Shown here: positions 28,787 to 37,642 of the stretch, piece after piece
Position numbering within the stretch: the stretch's first letter is position 1
Layout of the letters: each line of letters begins with the position of its first letter
Source: an uncultured Methanosarcinales archaeon
Lineage (GTDB): Archaea; Nanobdellota; Nanobdellia; Woesearchaeales; GW2011-AR9
Direction of reading: 5' to 3'
Assembly (NCBI GenBank): GCA_964343575.1
Contig: CAYFJV010000001.1
Coordinates: 596,705 to 660,704 of the forward strand
DNA length: 64,000 nt
The notes under the pieces: generated by a model
Told to the model about the DNA's origin: nothing
Database searches by the model: none
Seen by the model: the letters and a program-made list of their open reading frames with translations, nothing else
Translations under genes and position numbers: made by a program

Positions 28787-28842
28787 CAAAGGCATGAGAT
28801 AGCCTGTAGACTTGTCATTACAGGCTCTCAAGGCGTGCTTTG
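28787..28842 (+). other. stem-loop in leader of first viral gene
   Basis: AGCCTGTA/TACAGGCT core, flanked by TGAG/CTCA and CAAAGGCATG/CGTGCTTTG. Confidence 0.5.
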
Positions 28843-28883
28843 CGAGCGGATGAGACCGATTGAGTTAAGCGAGGTGAACCACC

Positions 28884-29129
28884 ATGAAAGACATGCAAAC
28901 GGTCGAGAAATACCGGCAAAGCCAAGATGAGAAATGGGCAAAAAAAGACAAAGATATCCACCTACAAGTCTGCTTCAAAAAAGCAGTAGATGTGGAAATA
29001 CACCTGATTCAGGGCGCACAAGCACTGAATGAGGCAGAGATTACTGCCAGAATTCTCCAACGCACAGAAGCCTATTTTCTCGGCTATGAGCAGCTCAAGG
29101 CCAAACTCATCGAAGGAGGCCAAGAATGA
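28884..29129 (+). CDS. viral hypothetical protein
   Basis: GAGGTGA SD upstream; 81 aa. Confidence 0.7.
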   Translation: MKDMQTVEKYRQSQDEKWAKKDKDIHLQVCFKKAVDVEIHLIQGAQALNEAEITARILQRTEAYFLGYEQLKAKLIEGGQE

Positions 29130-29305
29130 GCCACGCAGATGAGATCCGCCAAGAGCTTGAGAAAAAGAACAGACAAGCACGGCAGAACGTCAAACGAGAG
29201 AAAGACAACCAAGAATTCCAGGAATACCTAGATGACTTGGGCATAGACAGAATTGACAACCCTACAAAGGATAAGACCCAAAGCGGTCGGAGGTCTAGAA
29301 AATGA
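29126..29305 (+). CDS. viral small hypothetical protein (59 aa)
   Basis: ATGA overlaps at both ends, GGAGG SD; MSHADEIRQELEKKNRQ...; not in track. Confidence 0.6.
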   Translation: MSHADEIRQELEKKNRQARQNVKREKDNQEFQEYLDDLGIDRIDNPTKDKTQSGRRSRK

Positions 29306-29784
29306 AAATGGAAGTATCAGATAAAGTAGCAGTGCCTCAAAGGAGGCCACACATCAAGAAAGGATTCTACCATGCCAGGCTGGTAGAAGTACGTCCAAAG
29401 AAGGCAGAAAGCAAGTACGGCAAAAAAGTCGTGCTCTTATTTGACATCTTGAATGATGCCTTCAAAAAAGAAGGAAAATACTTGCAGCTGGCAACAGAAA
29501 CGTACAGCGAGTACAAGCAAGAGAATGGCTCGTACAGAACAGCAGTAACGCCAAACTCTCGGATAACAAAGATTTTCCAAGCGCTTGGCTGGACGTTTAC
29601 AACGCAAGGTCTTGACACGAATGATTTCATTGGTGCTGAGGCAAAAGTTCTGGTTGATGACTACGACTACGAGTTCACAGACCCTAACACAAACAAGAAA
29701 GAGACACTGAAAGGGTCAACCATTAACGACGTGAACAAGTGGGAAGAAGCACAGCCAGAAGTCAAGGAAGAAGTGGTGAGGTAA
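29302..29784 (+). CDS. putative phage-type ssDNA-binding protein (DUF669-like)
   Basis: KGFYHARLVEV...KVVLLFDI...FIGAEAKVLV pattern, position before helicase. Confidence 0.55.
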   Translation: MKMEVSDKVAVPQRRPHIKKGFYHARLVEVRPKKAESKYGKKVVLLFDILNDAFKKEGKYLQLATETYSEYKQENGSYRTAVTPNSRITKIFQALGWTFTTQGLDTNDFIGAEAKVLVDDYDYEFTDPNTNKKETLKGSTINDVNKWEEAQPEVKEEVVR

Positions 29785-29799
29785 GAGGATTGTTACTAT

Positions 29800-29896
29800 G
29801 AGGTACTACCACTCTGAAATCGGGAACAACACACACAGTAAATCACTTAGTAAAATTAAACGCATAGTTATTCCCGTTTTTTCAACGGTAGTGCTC
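29800..29896. other. imperfect inverted repeat around AT-rich core, candidate replication origin
   Basis: GTACTACC/GGTAGTGC and CGGGAACAAC/GTTATTCCCG arms, upstream of MCM-like gene. Confidence 0.4.
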
Positions 29897-29978
29897 CTTA
29901 GTAATTAATCACGTGAAATGGTGGAGCCTCGTCAACATAGCGAGAGCTTTACAACAAACAACGGAGGTGAAATGAAGA

Positions 29979-32021
29979 ATGAATGAAGATATATTCATGA
30001 GCTTTGCAAGGTTCAAAAAACTTACTCATGTAGATGAACAAGTACGTAAAGCATTAGATGAGAAATGGCTGCAAGCATCATATCAACTCAAACCAGCAAC
30101 AACCCAGAAAAACATCAAAAACAACATTACAGTACTTGAAGAACTACGAGAATTTATACAAAAACAATGTGATAAACATGATCTTGACTTTCCAGATATC
30201 TTCAACTTTATTGACGCCTACAAAAACTCTTCTATAGTCTGCACTAAAACTGTTGAGAAAAGCGATGTTCCAACTGCTATACTCAAATCGTTTAGGAGTA
30301 AGTATAGTCAGAGTAGTATCATTAAGCTTGCTCAGGAATTCAATTATCAACAACTTCGAACTATTACGAAAGAATTGTTTGAGAGAAATAATGCTCTGAT
30401 TTTTCCTATTCCTCAGACTGAAGAGGTTGAGGGTAAGGTTATTGGTGAGGTTGAGCAAAGAAGAATTAAGATTCCTGTTGCCTGGCTTATTGAAATTAAG
30501 ACCAAAGAAGAGTCACTCTTTGTTCCGTACATTTTTGGTGAGAATCTGCCACGAAGAGCAAAAGTTGTTGATGAACTCACTGGAGAGTTTTATCTGTATA
30601 GGTTTTTGACTAAAGATAGCAAAGAGTTTGCTTTGGTGAGTATTGATAAACTCAAGCTTGATGATTATACTGTTAAAGGGTTAGCAATTGATGTCGAAGA
30701 TTCTAAGATTTTAGGAGATGCATATAGACTTTTGAGTAAGTATCCTGTGTTTTTTATTCATACTGCACAAAGCCATATCTGTGAGTTGAAGAATCATGAT
30801 GAGTTGTTTGCGAAGGCTGATGAGTTAAAACTAACTGGCAATAAGTTGTATCAGTACTTATGTAGTTACAAGAAAGATAAAAAGGTACAGTTGCTTGAGC
30901 ATCCAAAATGGTTTTTGAAACTAACAGCAGCATTCTTATTTCACAGCAAGAAAGGAAATATTTGTCCGTATCCTTTGCATTTGTTATGGATTTCTGATCG
31001 TGGAGCAGGCAAAACCACCTACATGGAAAGCTTGCATCAGAAAAGTGGTGAGGCTCAGGAAATTATTGCGGGCAGTTCTTCTACGATCAAATACTTGATT
31101 CCTAGTTTTAAGGAGACAAACAGGCCAGAGATGGGTGCGTTAGCAAAAGCATCACGAATGGTATTTGTGGACGAGTTCTTTAGAATTGTTAGGGTCAATA
31201 ACAAGGATAAGGAAAGTGAATGCGGTCGGATGAATGATTTGCTTGAACATAAAGATCGATTGGCGGGCAGTGGGCAAGGAAGGATTAGAACCAGTATGAC
31301 AGCTCGTTTACTAGCAAGCACGAATCCTATTGCTGGGACTAATACGATTACGAATTTGATTGAGAAATTTGATGATGCATTTCTGAGCAGGTTTTTGATT
31401 TATTATCAAACAGACGATCATGTTAAACTTATTCACAGAAAAAAGAAAGAACCAAAACAATACACAAAAGATTGGATAGAAGTTAATGATTTACTCAGTG
31501 TTCAGGATTACTTGCAGAGTTTTGATGCTTCTTACGAATTGAAACGTTTAGTTGAGATTTATGATAAGTTCTTAGTGTTGATGAGTGAGAAAGTTAAGGG
31601 CGTGTATGAAGCTCGGTACTTGCATCACATGGAATGCCTTATTGACGGTATTATCAAAACAAGATGCTTAACCACCAGAGATAAAACATTCAAAGCGATT
31701 GATGAGGATTACCAAGACCTTGAAGCTATCTGGACGACCATGATTCAAGGATGGTACAAAGAAAAAGTTGACGAGGTCTTGCGTGACCCTACCATTTCTG
31801 TAGAAGCCAAGTATAACATCCTTCCTGAGGAAGCCATGTTTATTCTCAGAAAATTAGCTTCAATGGGTTATAAGGTGAAGTCTCGCGAGTTGCATGAGGC
31901 TTGCAAGAAAGAGATGCGTGGTGGTATGATTTCTATTCAGATGTCGTTACTGAAAGAAGCTGGTTTTGTACGAGATGATGGCGAGTATGTGATCCATCAT
32001 GAGTGGGAGGTGGGATCATGA
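29979..32021 (+). CDS. MCM-like AAA+ replicative helicase
   Basis: HLLWISDRGAGKTT, GALAKA, FVDEF, LASTNP, FLSRF arginine finger. Confidence 0.8.
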   Translation: MNEDIFMSFARFKKLTHVDEQVRKALDEKWLQASYQLKPATTQKNIKNNITVLEELREFIQKQCDKHDLDFPDIFNFIDAYKNSSIVCTKTVEKSDVPTAILKSFRSKYSQSSIIKLAQEFNYQQLRTITKELFERNNALIFPIPQTEEVEGKVIGEVEQRRIKIPVAWLIEIKTKEESLFVPYIFGENLPRRAKVVDELTGEFYLYRFLTKDSKEFALVSIDKLKLDDYTVKGLAIDVEDSKILGDAYRLLSKYPVFFIHTAQSHICELKNHDELFAKADELKLTGNKLYQYLCSYKKDKKVQLLEHPKWFLKLTAAFLFHSKKGNICPYPLHLLWISDRGAGKTTYMESLHQKSGEAQEIIAGSSSTIKYLIPSFKETNRPEMGALAKASRMVFVDEFFRIVRVNNKDKESECGRMNDLLEHKDRLAGSGQGRIRTSMTARLLASTNPIAGTNTITNLIEKFDDAFLSRFLIYYQTDDHVKLIHRKKKEPKQYTKDWIEVNDLLSVQDYLQSFDASYELKRLVEIYDKFLVLMSEKVKGVYEARYLHHMECLIDGIIKTRCLTTRDKTFKAIDEDYQDLEAIWTTMIQGWYKEKVDEVLRDPTISVEAKYNILPEEAMFILRKLASMGYKVKSRELHEACKKEMRGGMISIQMSLLKEAGFVRDDGEYVIHHEWEVGS

Positions 32022-33139
32022 GACTTTTCTGTACTCGTGTAGAACAAGAATGGTGGCAAGGCGAACCCATCTATGAAGAAAACCAATCAGTAGGATTTCA
32101 TCGTTTGTGGTTCTTGGATGTACTAGCTCAAACTACTGATTTCATGGTAAGCCTGCAGAGTAAGGAGGGTTACTTTACTAAACGTGAGTCGTGGAGTAGT
32201 ATGCATCATGAGAAACAACTCAATGCATACACAATTCATAGAACATTGTTGAACAATGAGTTTGTGCTTGATTTTGACGAGCCAGAATATTATCAGAACG
32301 TGTACAGCTTCAAAGTAGTTTACTCCCTACTGCATAAGTTAGGATATGTTCCGTACATCTATTTTTCAGGTAACAAAGGCCTGCATGCTCACTTCTATTT
32401 AGATTACAAAATCCTTGCAGATAAACTTGACATGAAATTACAGAAGAGAATTGTACGACATTTTGCCAGAAAAGAAACGTTCATCAAACGACTCACTGCA
32501 TTTATTGTCAAGAAACTGCAGTACATCTTTCCATCGTATGGTATTGATGGCAGTTTAGTGCATACTAATCATTTGATTCGTTCAGAAGCAAGTTTAAACA
32601 AGCTGGGTTTCAAAACATTTCTTGGTCACACTCCTGAAGATGTTCCAAGTATTGCTCCGATTTACAATCAGGAGAATGGAGTGTACCCTAAATTGCCGTT
32701 TCATCATTACTGCTACTCTGATGCAAAGATCAAATACTCTGTGCCAGTTGATCTGGTAAAATTATGCGAGGAATTTGTACTTACGAAAAATATTGGTGTT
32801 GAGAAAGAAGAAACACGATCACTTAAAGATTTCATGCTGCCAGTCTCAACTACTGAGAAAAGTAAACCTTGCATTCAATTCTTTGAAAGCCCAGCGTTTA
32901 GTCAATGTTCTGAGGGTAGGAAAAGAGCGTTGTTTGTTTTGGCGTCGCATTATTATGATAATCCTGATCAGGTTCGTATCTTGCGAGACTGGAACACCAA
33001 CATTCTCAGTGGTTACTTGCGTGATGATACGATTCTTGCTGCAGCACGAAGCACTACAGGAAAAGTCGGATGCAGATACGTGACATCATTGCTTCATTCT
33101 CTTGGTCAATATGATGTGTGTAAGGGGTGTCAGAAATGA
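32018..33139 (+). CDS. archaeo-eukaryotic primase with PriL-like Cys-rich C-terminus
   Basis: VLDFD, YFSGNKGLHAH, HLIRSEASLN; C-term KPCI...EGRKRALFVLA...GC...CKGC. Confidence 0.8.
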   Translation: MRLFCTRVEQEWWQGEPIYEENQSVGFHRLWFLDVLAQTTDFMVSLQSKEGYFTKRESWSSMHHEKQLNAYTIHRTLLNNEFVLDFDEPEYYQNVYSFKVVYSLLHKLGYVPYIYFSGNKGLHAHFYLDYKILADKLDMKLQKRIVRHFARKETFIKRLTAFIVKKLQYIFPSYGIDGSLVHTNHLIRSEASLNKLGFKTFLGHTPEDVPSIAPIYNQENGVYPKLPFHHYCYSDAKIKYSVPVDLVKLCEEFVLTKNIGVEKEETRSLKDFMLPVSTTEKSKPCIQFFESPAFSQCSEGRKRALFVLASHYYDNPDQVRILRDWNTNILSGYLRDDTILAAARSTTGKVGCRYVTSLLHSLGQYDVCKGCQK

Positions 33140-33348
33140 AAGGAGTGCAACAAACATTAGGCAATTTTGAGAAGTCAAAGAAACAACAACGAAAAACAGT
33201 ACGGTTCATCAAAGCAGTGCCAAGCTTTGTCGATCTTGACCTCAAAGTGTTGGGACCTTTTGAGCCAGGAGATATTCTTACGACGCATATTGACATTGCT
33301 AACTTGCTCATCCTCAAAGGAAGGGCAAAGGAGTTTGATATAGATTAG
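33136..33348 (+). CDS. stand-alone GINS B-domain-like protein
   Basis: VRFIKAVPSFVDLDLKVLGPFEPGDILT...IANLLILKGRAKE matches the recalled C-terminal B-domain pattern of archaeal Gins51. Confidence 0.72.
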   Translation: MKGVQQTLGNFEKSKKQQRKTVRFIKAVPSFVDLDLKVLGPFEPGDILTTHIDIANLLILKGRAKEFDID

Positions 33349-33362
33349 GAGGTAGAACAAAA

Positions 33363-33533
33363 ATGGGAGAAGCCAAACAATTGAGACATAAAATTTTGAT
33401 GGACATCAACGCCATGAAGCAAGACAATGCATCATGGAAGAGACAAATAACTGAGAATGAGCTGAGAATTATCCAGCTCGAAAAGATTGCAAACGCACTC
33501 AAATCACTGTGCGATGGAGGTGGACAAGAATGA
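33363..33533 (+). CDS. viral small coiled-coil protein (56 aa)
   Basis: AGGAGG SD; MGEAKQLRHKILMDINAMK...; ATGA overlap with next gene; not in track. Confidence 0.6.
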   Translation: MGEAKQLRHKILMDINAMKQDNASWKRQITENELRIIQLEKIANALKSLCDGGGQE

Positions 33534-33694
33534 AATCGCTCAAACGAAGATATGTGTATGAAGAAACCTATGAAGAAGTCATGCAATGGGCTCGGCAGCA
33601 TGATGTGAGAGCTCCAAATAACAAAAACAACTTTCCTTACTACTTAGCTGAGTATGTGAAAGCGTTGAGGTGTAACGATGTGGCGAGGATATGA
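33530..33694 (+). CDS. viral small hypothetical protein
   Basis: GGAGGTG SD, ATGA overlap. Confidence 0.55.
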   Translation: MKSLKRRYVYEETYEEVMQWARQHDVRAPNNKNNFPYYLAEYVKALRCNDVARI

Positions 33695-34625
33695 AGCACT
33701 CCCCAGCTACTTTGGAGGAAAAAGAAAACTAGCCAGGAAAATCTTAAGCTATGCTAAAGGAGAGGTTTTCATTGACGCTTTTCTTGGCGGTGGCAGTGTT
33801 TCTTTACTTGCTAAAGCAAAAGGGTACAGAGTTATCTGTAATGATATTGCTGAACGATCACGAATAGTAGGCAAAGCAATCATTGAAAACAAGAATACAA
33901 AACTTTCTGATTACGATGTGTATTCTTTATTCAAGAAAACAGAGAATAAATTCATTAGAGATACCTTTCCTAATCTTGCGTTGGAAAAAGATATCCAGTT
34001 CTTGGACAATGCTTTTGCCAATGCTAAGACTGACTTGCAGAAATTATTGTTAATCAAATTCTTGTTCAAATACAAACCCTTTAGCATGCTTTCAAACAAA
34101 GTACCTCGAGACTTGTCTGATTGCAATCTCAAAGTTATTCAACCTCACTTGAAGTACATGTTTAAACCCATAAGGACCCTAAAGCAATTACAGCAGAAGA
34201 TCAATTATGGTATTTTTGATAATGGAAAACAGAACGAGTTTCATCAAAAAGATGTCTTTGAATTCTTGCGAAGCGTGAAAGGAGATACGGTGTACTTTGA
34301 TCCACCGTACGCTGGAAGTCAAAGTTATGAAGAATTCTACAATATCTTAGACAGTATCTTGATGCAGAAAAAGATTCCCGTTACTAAAAGCAAGTTCAAT
34401 TCTAAAGATGCTGAACAATTTCTTCACAAACTTTTGGAAGAGTCAATGCATATTCCTCGAGTTATCTTTAGTTTTGGCGGGCCTAAAATTGACGGCCAGC
34501 ATTTATTGAGGATTGTGCAGGAACATCGCCCAGCTGAACTGCATGAGATTAAGCATAAGTGGGCGATAACTGCAAGTAAGGAGGATATGCAGACGGCAAC
34601 AGAAATATTGGTGGTGACAAAATGA
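33678..34625 (+). CDS. DNA adenine methyltransferase (D12/Dam-like)
   Basis: YFGGKRKL, DAFLGGGSVS, NDI, YFDPPY. Confidence 0.9.
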   Translation: MWRGYEALPSYFGGKRKLARKILSYAKGEVFIDAFLGGGSVSLLAKAKGYRVICNDIAERSRIVGKAIIENKNTKLSDYDVYSLFKKTENKFIRDTFPNLALEKDIQFLDNAFANAKTDLQKLLLIKFLFKYKPFSMLSNKVPRDLSDCNLKVIQPHLKYMFKPIRTLKQLQQKINYGIFDNGKQNEFHQKDVFEFLRSVKGDTVYFDPPYAGSQSYEEFYNILDSILMQKKIPVTKSKFNSKDAEQFLHKLLEESMHIPRVIFSFGGPKIDGQHLLRIVQEHRPAELHEIKHKWAITASKEDMQTATEILVVTK

Positions 34626-35263
34626 AAACAGAAAAAATACAGATGGAACTCATTACAGAAAATGAGTACAACCCAAACGAGATGGATGAAAACAAGTTCA
34701 AAAAATTAGTTCAGAACATTAAGAGAAAAGGATTTCGAAAACCTATCGAAGTTCGTAAGGTAGGTGAGAAATATGTGATTATTGATGGTGCTCACCGCTT
34801 CAAAGCATGCAAACAACTCGGCTACACAGAAGTAGAATGCATTATTGACAATGTGGATGAGATTGAAGCAATGGTTGATACATTGAATGCAAACATTCAC
34901 GGCTCACATAACCCATACAAAGAAGCGCAGATGTTCAAACACATCCATGAACGGTATGCCTTGAAAGATATTGAAAAACTTACGGTGTTTGGCCAGTCTG
35001 AAATTAAAGATAGAATGGAATTACTAAACTTATCTCCTTCTATTCAAAAAGAGTTAGAAAAGCAAGAATTGCAGGAATCAAAAGATGCACCAGTTGTACT
35101 GACATTTATGATTAAGGAGGCTGAGAAGCAAGTGGTCATGAATGCTCTTGGCAGGTGTGAAAGTTCTGATAAGAATAAGGCATTGATTGAGGTATGTCAA
35201 AAATCAATAGAGTGGGGTGAAGGAAGCAATGAGCTTAGAGGAAAGCCGCAGTCAAACAAGTAG
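34622..35263 (+). CDS. ParB/Srx N-terminal domain protein
   Basis: YNPNEM...GFRKPIEV...IIDGAHRFKA. Confidence 0.85.
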   Translation: MKTEKIQMELITENEYNPNEMDENKFKKLVQNIKRKGFRKPIEVRKVGEKYVIIDGAHRFKACKQLGYTEVECIIDNVDEIEAMVDTLNANIHGSHNPYKEAQMFKHIHERYALKDIEKLTVFGQSEIKDRMELLNLSPSIQKELEKQELQESKDAPVVLTFMIKEAEKQVVMNALGRCESSDKNKALIEVCQKSIEWGEGSNELRGKPQSNK

Positions 35264-35825
35264 TCGAAAAAGCAGACTGGACAACTTTGGAGATAAACTG
35301 CACACACTTACTGAAGCAGATCGTGCTAAAGGAAGAAAGGTCAAGTCAGCTAATCGATCACGGGCTAGTGCTTTCAATGCCATGAAAACAGGAAGGTACT
35401 CCAAGCGAGTTCCGCACTGTCATACCTGTATGTTTCGTAGTCAATGCAGTGCGTATGATCCTAAAGACCCCAAAGCAGCATGCAAAGTCATCAATATCCC
35501 TAACTATTTTCATTTGATGTCTGCCTTGACATTTGAGACAGAGGAAGATTTTGATAACTTTGTCAATAAATTAGTGCAGCGGATGTATATTAAGAATTTG
35601 ACGCAGGATGATTGGGAGAAACTCAAAGACTTCCTACTGATTTTCTTGCGTGTGAAAGATACTAAATTTCGCAGGCCACAAGATCAAACAGTCAATGTGC
35701 AAATCAATAATTTTCATACGGAGTTTCAATTGTTTAAGGATGCAACACTTACGGTGTTGAAAAAACATCCTGAAGTGTTAAAGGAATGGAGGTGTGCTCT
35801 TGAATCTGCTAAACAATCCGATTGA
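35229..35825 (+). CDS. putative terminase small subunit
   Basis: NAMKTG (NAxKHG-like), CxxC...C...C cluster, directly upstream of TerL. Confidence 0.6.
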   Translation: MSLEESRSQTSSRKSRLDNFGDKLHTLTEADRAKGRKVKSANRSRASAFNAMKTGRYSKRVPHCHTCMFRSQCSAYDPKDPKAACKVINIPNYFHLMSALTFETEEDFDNFVNKLVQRMYIKNLTQDDWEKLKDFLLIFLRVKDTKFRRPQDQTVNVQINNFHTEFQLFKDATLTVLKKHPEVLKEWRCALESAKQSD

Positions 35826-37263
35826 GGCAGCACTCTTTGAAAGCTTCAAAGAACCAACCTATGACAACTTCATAGGATTTGTCAAGAGATACTTAGCTCC
35901 TCACATGGAACAAGTCTTTGTCGAAGAAGAATATTATAACGAATGGTTTTGTTTAGAACAAAGTAATCAATATAATGCTATTGAAGCTCCCAGAGGCCAT
36001 AGCAAAAGTGAAATATTCACTGTCTGGCTTACTATCTACTATGCTATCTATGACATCAGGCATGAACAAATTGTTTCTTCAGTAAGCGGTGATCAAACTA
36101 ATGAATTATTTGATCGAATAAAATTCTTCTTTTACGTTAGTCCTTATTTGAATCAGCATTTCAAACCTGAAGGAGCAGATAAGAATGTCAGTTTAAGTTC
36201 GTGGAATTCTAAAAAGGTTGTCTTGAAAAATGATTCTATCGTACATGCCAGAAGTATTGCAGGCAAATGGAGAGGACTGCATGTTGACAGAATAGTATGC
36301 GATGATATTATCACTGAAGACAGCACCTTAAGTGATAAGCAGACTATTAACAAATTCTATTCAGCTGTGTTTAACTGTTCTACTGCAAAGAAAGGAACGA
36401 TAACTGTTATCGGAACTCCTTTACGGTTCACTGATATTCTGTATGATTTGAAAGCTAACACACAATTTTCATTTAATGCCTATCCAGCAATTCTTGATTT
36501 TGAAAAGAAGAAAGTGTTATCTCCTCTCAGAAAATCGTTTGAAGAATTAATACGAATCAAAGAAACCATTGGTTCTCTGAGATTTCAGTGCGAGTACATG
36601 CTCAATCCTATTGATGATCATAGTTCAATCTTCAAACGAGACTGGTTACGAAGAGCACAAGATGCAAGTTTAGATTTGATTAAGAATAGAAGTGAGCTAG
36701 ATCGTTTTGAGGTTAGTAATGTGATGTGCGGTGCAGACTTTGCCTTCTCCGAGAGAAAAGGAGCAAATTACTCGGTTTTCTTAACACTTGCTAGACTGCA
36801 CGATGGTCGTTTGTTGCTATGTGATTTTTTCAGAAGAAAAGGAATGACAGGCCAGCAACAAATCGACAAACTCAAAGAATTACATGCCGTCTATGATTAT
36901 GACACGATGGCTTTAGAAGAAAACAGCATCATGGCCATCAGTAAAGATATCCAACGCATTGGTCTGCCTATTAAGACTTTGCGAACAGGAAGCAGAGATA
37001 CAAATAATTCTCTTTCAAAAACAAACGCAATCCTTCGTATGACGACATGGTTTGAGAACAATCAAGTTATCATTCCGTATGCAAGTGATGAAGCTAAAGA
37101 AAAGTACGAGCTCTTGGAACAAGAGTTTCTGAGTTTTGCATTGGAAGATGGGAAGATCATAGAGATTGGTGTACATCCTGATATTCCTATTGCGTTTGTG
37201 TTTGCTGGAGAGGCTGCAAAGAAAGCATCAGCTGATGGTTTTGTAACAAGCATTGTACGATAA
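35794..37263 (+). CDS. terminase large subunit
   Basis: APRGHSKS Walker A, RGLHVDRIVCDD Walker B, IGTP, FQCEY, GADFA, HPD nuclease motifs. Confidence 0.92.
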   Translation: MLLNLLNNPIEAALFESFKEPTYDNFIGFVKRYLAPHMEQVFVEEEYYNEWFCLEQSNQYNAIEAPRGHSKSEIFTVWLTIYYAIYDIRHEQIVSSVSGDQTNELFDRIKFFFYVSPYLNQHFKPEGADKNVSLSSWNSKKVVLKNDSIVHARSIAGKWRGLHVDRIVCDDIITEDSTLSDKQTINKFYSAVFNCSTAKKGTITVIGTPLRFTDILYDLKANTQFSFNAYPAILDFEKKKVLSPLRKSFEELIRIKETIGSLRFQCEYMLNPIDDHSSIFKRDWLRRAQDASLDLIKNRSELDRFEVSNVMCGADFAFSERKGANYSVFLTLARLHDGRLLLCDFFRRKGMTGQQQIDKLKELHAVYDYDTMALEENSIMAISKDIQRIGLPIKTLRTGSRDTNNSLSKTNAILRMTTWFENNQVIIPYASDEAKEKYELLEQEFLSFALEDGKIIEIGVHPDIPIAFVFAGEAAKKASADGFVTSIVR

Positions 37264-37279
37264 AAAGGAGGTGATTATC

Positions 37280-37642
37280 ATGAAGTTTGACCCAAACACA
37301 TTAAACAGGCGGGATTCAAAAATACTCAAAGCATTGCTGTATTTTTATCCTCGAAAGAAAAGTGCAGCACAGATGTACACGTACATCTCAAAGTACTCTC
37401 AGAAGACTGGACTTAAAGGAGCAAAAGCACTAGGACATATTCTTGTTAGGTTTCCTGTAAAGTCGGAACTGACAGTGGCCAGTAGCATGACAAAGAACAG
37501 GATCGTTAATTGCAGGTATGTTCGCCTGTATGTACTAAAGGATTCGTTTGTGAAGAAATATTATAAAGAAAAAAATGACTTGATCAAATTGGGGAAAAGG
37601 AAGTCTAAAAATGTCAAAAGAAAAAAGTCCTCCAGAAAGTAA
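37280..37642 (+). CDS. viral basic hypothetical protein
   Basis: AGGAGGTGA SD before ATG 37280. Confidence 0.6.
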   Translation: MKFDPNTLNRRDSKILKALLYFYPRKKSAAQMYTYISKYSQKTGLKGAKALGHILVRFPVKSELTVASSMTKNRIVNCRYVRLYVLKDSFVKKYYKEKNDLIKLGKRKSKNVKRKKSSRK

